A DNA stretch of 64,000 bases, taken from the sequence record PX418922.1. One strand, 5' to 3'. The stretch comes from a phage. The notes beneath the pieces are model-generated. The model was not told the origin of the DNA and did no database searches. It was given only the letters and a program-made list of their open reading frames with translations. Below, in pieces: positions 60,580-64,000 of the stretch (position 1 is the first letter of the stretch; every line of letters starts with the position of its first letter). The position numbers and the translations under genes were made by a program.

Positions 60580-61682
60580 TCTGCCTCCTGTTGTGAGATG
60601 TATGACTGAAGCATACTCTCAAATGTTGTATCGTCATTATCCCAGCGTTTCATGTATACCAACTGGAAAATTGTTTCTATCCATTCATCTGTTGTCATAT
60701 GGACTTCTTCTCCATCCCAAGAAGTAAAATTAACACCATCTGGGAACCATGAGTAGTAAGTATCTTTAACTGTTTGGAAAAGTTCTGCTTGAGTTTTACA
60801 AGCTGAAAGAAGATTAAAACAAGTAATATCTCCGAACTTAATATCAAAATCTTGATAAGGTCGAATACTATCTGTTTTATCTCCCATTAGCATCTGATAT
60901 GCTAACCAGTAACTGCCCCAACCTTTAACTTCTTTCTTTTTACCTTTATCTACGATCCATATATCGCCAATAGACTCGTCAATAAGAATTATATCTGGAT
61001 TTTTAAATACTCCATCCTCTTTGTAGAAATTAAAAAGGATACTAGGAGTATGTAAACTATCTTTATCTATAGATACTACGATATAAGAAAATTTACCCGT
61101 CCTTTTATAATCTTTATAACCTTGGAAACCATACTTCTCTAACTCATCATCAGCTTCTATTACAGTAACAACATCACCATTGTGGAACTCCACAAGATAA
61201 TCTTTGGTTTCTGAAAGCTGAAGTGGTTTGATATCTAATCGTTCAGATTTATATTCTACAGGCATTTTGAAGGCGTGTCTGAAAGTTTTTCCTACGCCAA
61301 TAACTCCGCAATATTTTTCTAAACGTAGATGTTTTAGAATACCTAAGACTTTTGTTTTAGCTGCTTGGAAGGTGTGTCCGATATCTTCTGGCGGGTATTG
61401 CTTATCAATGATTTCGAACTCTTCCTTTGTGAAGGGACGTTTGTTTTTGGAGGCTCTTTCTGCATTTGTATCTCCTAGCCAACCTCCAATTTTAGTCTTG
61501 CTTTTACCCCAAAACTCTGTCTTATTTTTAAATTCCTTTTGAGCACCTGAAGGGATGTGCTTCGCAATGATTGTTCTTTTCTCTAATGCAGATGCTGCTT
61601 GGAAAGCGATCTGATCATAATCAATTGCAGCTATTGTTTCTTCGTTGACATATAAATGAAGATCTTCAGGTTTAATTAAAAT
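60576..61682 (-). CDS. rnh: T4 RNase H-like 5'-3' exonuclease / flap endonuclease; 5' end uncertain
   Basis: ETIAAIDYDQIAFQAAS, VIEADDEL and MLMGDKTDSIRP match T4 rnh/FEN motifs; only ATG is internal (61265) but frame stays open to 61706 with no ATG/GTG/TTG. Confidence 0.5.
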   Translation of the reverse strand: MLIKPEDLHLYVNEETIAAIDYDQIAFQAASALEKRTIIAKHIPSGAQKEFKNKTEFWGKSKTKIGGWLGDTNAERASKNKRPFTKEEFEIIDKQYPPEDIGHTFQAAKTKVLGILKHLRLEKYCGVIGVGKTFRHAFKMPVEYKSERLDIKPLQLSETKDYLVEFHNGDVVTVIEADDELEKYGFQGYKDYKRTGKFSYIVVSIDKDSLHTPSILFNFYKEDGVFKNPDIILIDESIGDIWIVDKGKKKEVKGWGSYWLAYQMLMGDKTDSIRPYQDFDIKFGDITCFNLLSACKTQAELFQTVKDTYYSWFPDGVNFTSWDGEEVHMTTDEWIETIFQLVYMKRWDNDDTTFESMLQSYISQQEAE

Positions 61683-61706
61683 ATAACCGCTAATATTTCC
61701 CCCTAA

Positions 61707-61916
61707 TTATTCATCGTCATCCTCTGTTGAGAATGTTTTAGTATACGGACATTGACGACTTTTCGGGATTGCTATAACTTCATCTTGGTTAGCGTTAGAA
61801 TAGTAGCAATATTTTGTATTGCCATTAACTTCAGAATCAGACAAGATTAAAGTAATTTGACCTGCTGCTACTGTGAAACTAAAAGCTAAAAGAACGACTG
61901 TCAGAATCTTTTTCAT
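61707..61916 (-). CDS. secreted small protein (69 aa)
   Basis: Signal peptide MKKILTVVLLAFSFTVAAG; acidic C-terminus. Confidence 0.5.
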   Translation of the reverse strand: MKKILTVVLLAFSFTVAAGQITLILSDSEVNGNTKYCYYSNANQDEVIAIPKSRQCPYTKTFSTEDDDE

Positions 61917-61988
61917 AACGCCTCCTAAAAAGCCTACCTCATTAAGTAGGTAGGCATAATATCATAACTAATCCCGCAAGTCAAGAAC

Positions 61989-62867
61989 TTATTTAAGGAT
62001 TGTTGCTTTGGTTAAATCTTCCATCAGACCTCGAATCTCATTGAAGCACAGAAGGACCGAAGCTTCAATACTACCTTCTTCGTCTGCAAAATATTTCGGA
62101 AAACGTAGTTTAGAAAGTTTAAACTCTTTATCCACTACAAAATCTACAACACCGTCATATTCAAGACCGATTGCAACAACATCTTTACCATCTTCTTTTA
62201 GTTCGACAGCTTTAGACTCGTATAGGGATTCTTTACTCCAAACAACAACGCCCTCGCTATCCTCCATTTTGATATAATTTCCGAGAGTAATACGATCTGC
62301 TTCGTGATTCTCCAGCAATTCACCAAAACCTTTTACAATAGCTTCTTCGTGCACACTAAAACCTACCGAAGGGAAAGTCCCAAGAACGGAACGGAGGAAA
62401 GAAGTAATCTCTTCTGCAACCTTTTTACTTCCATTAAGAACATAAAGAAGATTCGTAGTTTTATCCAAGACAATATAGTTAAAGAAATCTTCAGGTTCTG
62501 TTTCAGGCAATAGTGCAAATTCAATATCTTCCTTCATTGCTTTGACTACTTCTTTATCGACATAAAACTCTTTACCTTCGCTCTCCATGTCCTGACGCAT
62601 TTCTTCTAGACGTTCATTCAGAATACGTTTAACTTTCTTTTTATCTACCTTCTTCACAGATTGACCTACATTAAGTAGTTCAAGATCTGAAAACTCTTTT
62701 ACAAATTTAGAGTCATCTTCGAAACGAACAAGACCGATAGTGTGTGACTGGGAGCCTTCTGCTGTTACAAATTCCAGAGGAATATCTGTAATGCTGTTAA
62801 GGGATGCTACAGAAGCATTGTCACCAACAACCATAGGCAGAGCAGATTTAAAAGATTTTACAAACAT
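61989..62867 (-). CDS. hypothetical protein (292 aa)
   Basis: Minus-strand ORF, acidic. Confidence 0.5.
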   Translation of the reverse strand: MFVKSFKSALPMVVGDNASVASLNSITDIPLEFVTAEGSQSHTIGLVRFEDDSKFVKEFSDLELLNVGQSVKKVDKKKVKRILNERLEEMRQDMESEGKEFYVDKEVVKAMKEDIEFALLPETEPEDFFNYIVLDKTTNLLYVLNGSKKVAEEITSFLRSVLGTFPSVGFSVHEEAIVKGFGELLENHEADRITLGNYIKMEDSEGVVVWSKESLYESKAVELKEDGKDVVAIGLEYDGVVDFVVDKEFKLSKLRFPKYFADEEGSIEASVLLCFNEIRGLMEDLTKATILK

Positions 62868-62922
62868 GTTTCCTCCTATTTAATACATCTCACATTACCG
62901 CCCGTAAAGGCGGCTTACAACA

Positions 62923-63648
62923 TTACTTGTTAATAATACCTGCAATATTAGGTTTAATGAAACCTGACCACTTCATGATCTTACCTTTATCATCAAAGAA
63001 CACATACACTTTCTGTTTTTCATTATAAACAGCATGAACACCAGTGTATGCCCCTTCTGGACGATTGGCATTTCGTTCTTCAATTGCAGCGCATTCTTGT
63101 GCAATGGCTGAATCGATATCCGAAGTTTTCCAAGTTTTCAGCAACTGTTGTTTAGTTGGATACTTGGAATCATTACTTTTCAATACCTCTTTAATAACTT
63201 TCTTTTCTGGATATTTTGAACGGATTAGAGTGTCACGAGACATACGCATAATACCAGCAGCCATTAGTGCCATTTGAACTGGCTCTGTAAATGTTTGTTC
63301 CAAAGCATCGAAATCGGTATACACAGTTGGAGTAAAAACATCGCCTACAGCATAGTCCAAGAAATTCATCGTATGTTCTTCACCAAAGAACATGTAAGTC
63401 AGATAACTGGATACTACAAAAATATCCGCTGCTGCATCCAAGAGTTCTACATGATCGTTTACTTTCGCGGCTGTTTCATACTCTTTAAGCTCTTCACGAA
63501 CGAACCCGATTTGGGACATAAATAACTCTTGAGTGAATTCAGGTTGTTCACCACCTCGTGCTTTGGCATTCCAATCAATTACGTGCTTTGCTGCATTTTT
63601 GAAAAATTCAGTATCGAATTTAATATCTTTAAAAAAATTCTCGATCAT
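62923..63648 (-). CDS. hypothetical protein, possible MazG-like NTP pyrophosphohydrolase
   Basis: EELKEYETAAK..D.VELLDAAADIFVVSSYL resembles all-alpha MazG-type motif; unverified. Confidence 0.35.
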   Translation of the reverse strand: MIENFFKDIKFDTEFFKNAAKHVIDWNAKARGGEQPEFTQELFMSQIGFVREELKEYETAAKVNDHVELLDAAADIFVVSSYLTYMFFGEEHTMNFLDYAVGDVFTPTVYTDFDALEQTFTEPVQMALMAAGIMRMSRDTLIRSKYPEKKVIKEVLKSNDSKYPTKQQLLKTWKTSDIDSAIAQECAAIEERNANRPEGAYTGVHAVYNEKQKVYVFFDDKGKIMKWSGFIKPNIAGIINK

Positions 63649-63657
63649 TATAACTCC

Positions 63658-63840
63658 TTATTTAAAATAGCTTTCTAGAAAGTTGCTAATATTTACTACA
63701 GACTCACCCATGTAAATCCCTGCGAAACCGAAAACAAGCATACGTGGAATATTGAAATACCATTTATCTGCCGGAAAAGATGCCAGGATTACAATAGCAA
63801 TTGCTATCAACATCATAAGAATTGTTGCTAAAATTATCAT
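63658..63840 (-). CDS. small membrane protein (60 aa)
   Basis: RBS GGAGG; hydrophobic MIILATILMMLIAIAIVILA. Confidence 0.5.
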   Translation of the reverse strand: MIILATILMMLIAIAIVILASFPADKWYFNIPRMLVFGFAGIYMGESVVNISNFLESYFK

Positions 63841-63893
63841 AAAAATGCCTCCAGGTATTTTTCACAATGATAAGCTAAGAACATTTTTCCTCC

Positions 63894-64000
63894 TTATTCT
63901 GCTGGTTCCCAAGTGCCTGGGATCATTTCTCGAATACGAACACCAACAGGTTTTGTTGGAATACCTTCATCTGAAAATTCTTCATACTCTATTTCAACGA
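63894..64000 (-). CDS. hypothetical protein, 3' end only (N-terminus beyond window)
   Basis: Minus-strand frame open from window edge to TAA at 63894-63896. Confidence 0.4.
   Translation of the reverse strand, partial: VEIEYEEFSDEGIPTKPVGVRIREMIPGTWEPAE

Noticed and set aside
1-64000. Assigning the phage to a named genus or species
   Set aside because: T4-type genes (lysozyme e, rnh, nrdA-HEG-nrdB, CUUCGG hairpins) indicate T4-like affinities, but the rml operon, ThyX-like gene, promoter-hairpin array and many unknown ORFs do not match any genome I can recall; a database search is required.

Overview
This window reads as part of a large virulent dsDNA phage of a Gram-negative (enterobacterial-type) host. 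It is AT-rich, densely packed with small ORFs behind strong Shine-Dalgarno sites, uses sigma70-type TTGACA promoters and CUUCGG-tetraloop terminators, and carries T4-type genes (T4 lysozyme e homologue, RNase H/FEN, class Ia nrdA-nrdB split by an HNH/AP2 homing endonuclease). Layout: (1) 1-5.7 kb, plus-strand genes including a P-loop ATPase, a Cys-rich protein and a NADAR-like protein; (2) 5.7-6.25 kb, a non-coding tract with tandem ~46-bp repeats and Fur-box-like palindromes; (3) 6.8-16.1 kb, a visibly more GC-rich block of about 21 near-monocistronic early units, each a TTGACA-N16/17 promoter followed by a GC-rich 5' hairpin, a conserved RBS and a small ORF; (4) 16.1-17.7 kb, an A+C-rich, G-poor non-coding tract with palindromes and a second set of the same Fur-box-like elements; (5) 17.7-34.2 kb, plus-strand small genes with several paralogous families, one decayed pseudogene and a serine recombinase; (6) 34.2-64 kb, minus-strand genes: Sir2-like, C5 and N6A DNA methyltransferases, Ser/Thr phosphatase, HslV-like peptidase, PhoH, lysozyme, glutaredoxin, a complete dTDP-L-rhamnose pathway (rmlBACD), nrdAB, ThyX-like, nucleotidase, exonucleases. 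The most unusual items are the promoter-hairpin array with compensatory stem changes, the repeat-bounded GC-rich block, the phage-borne rhamnose pathway, and the paralogous small-protein families. All calls are by eye from sequence and motifs; no database search was run. No tRNA, rRNA or CRISPR array was found.
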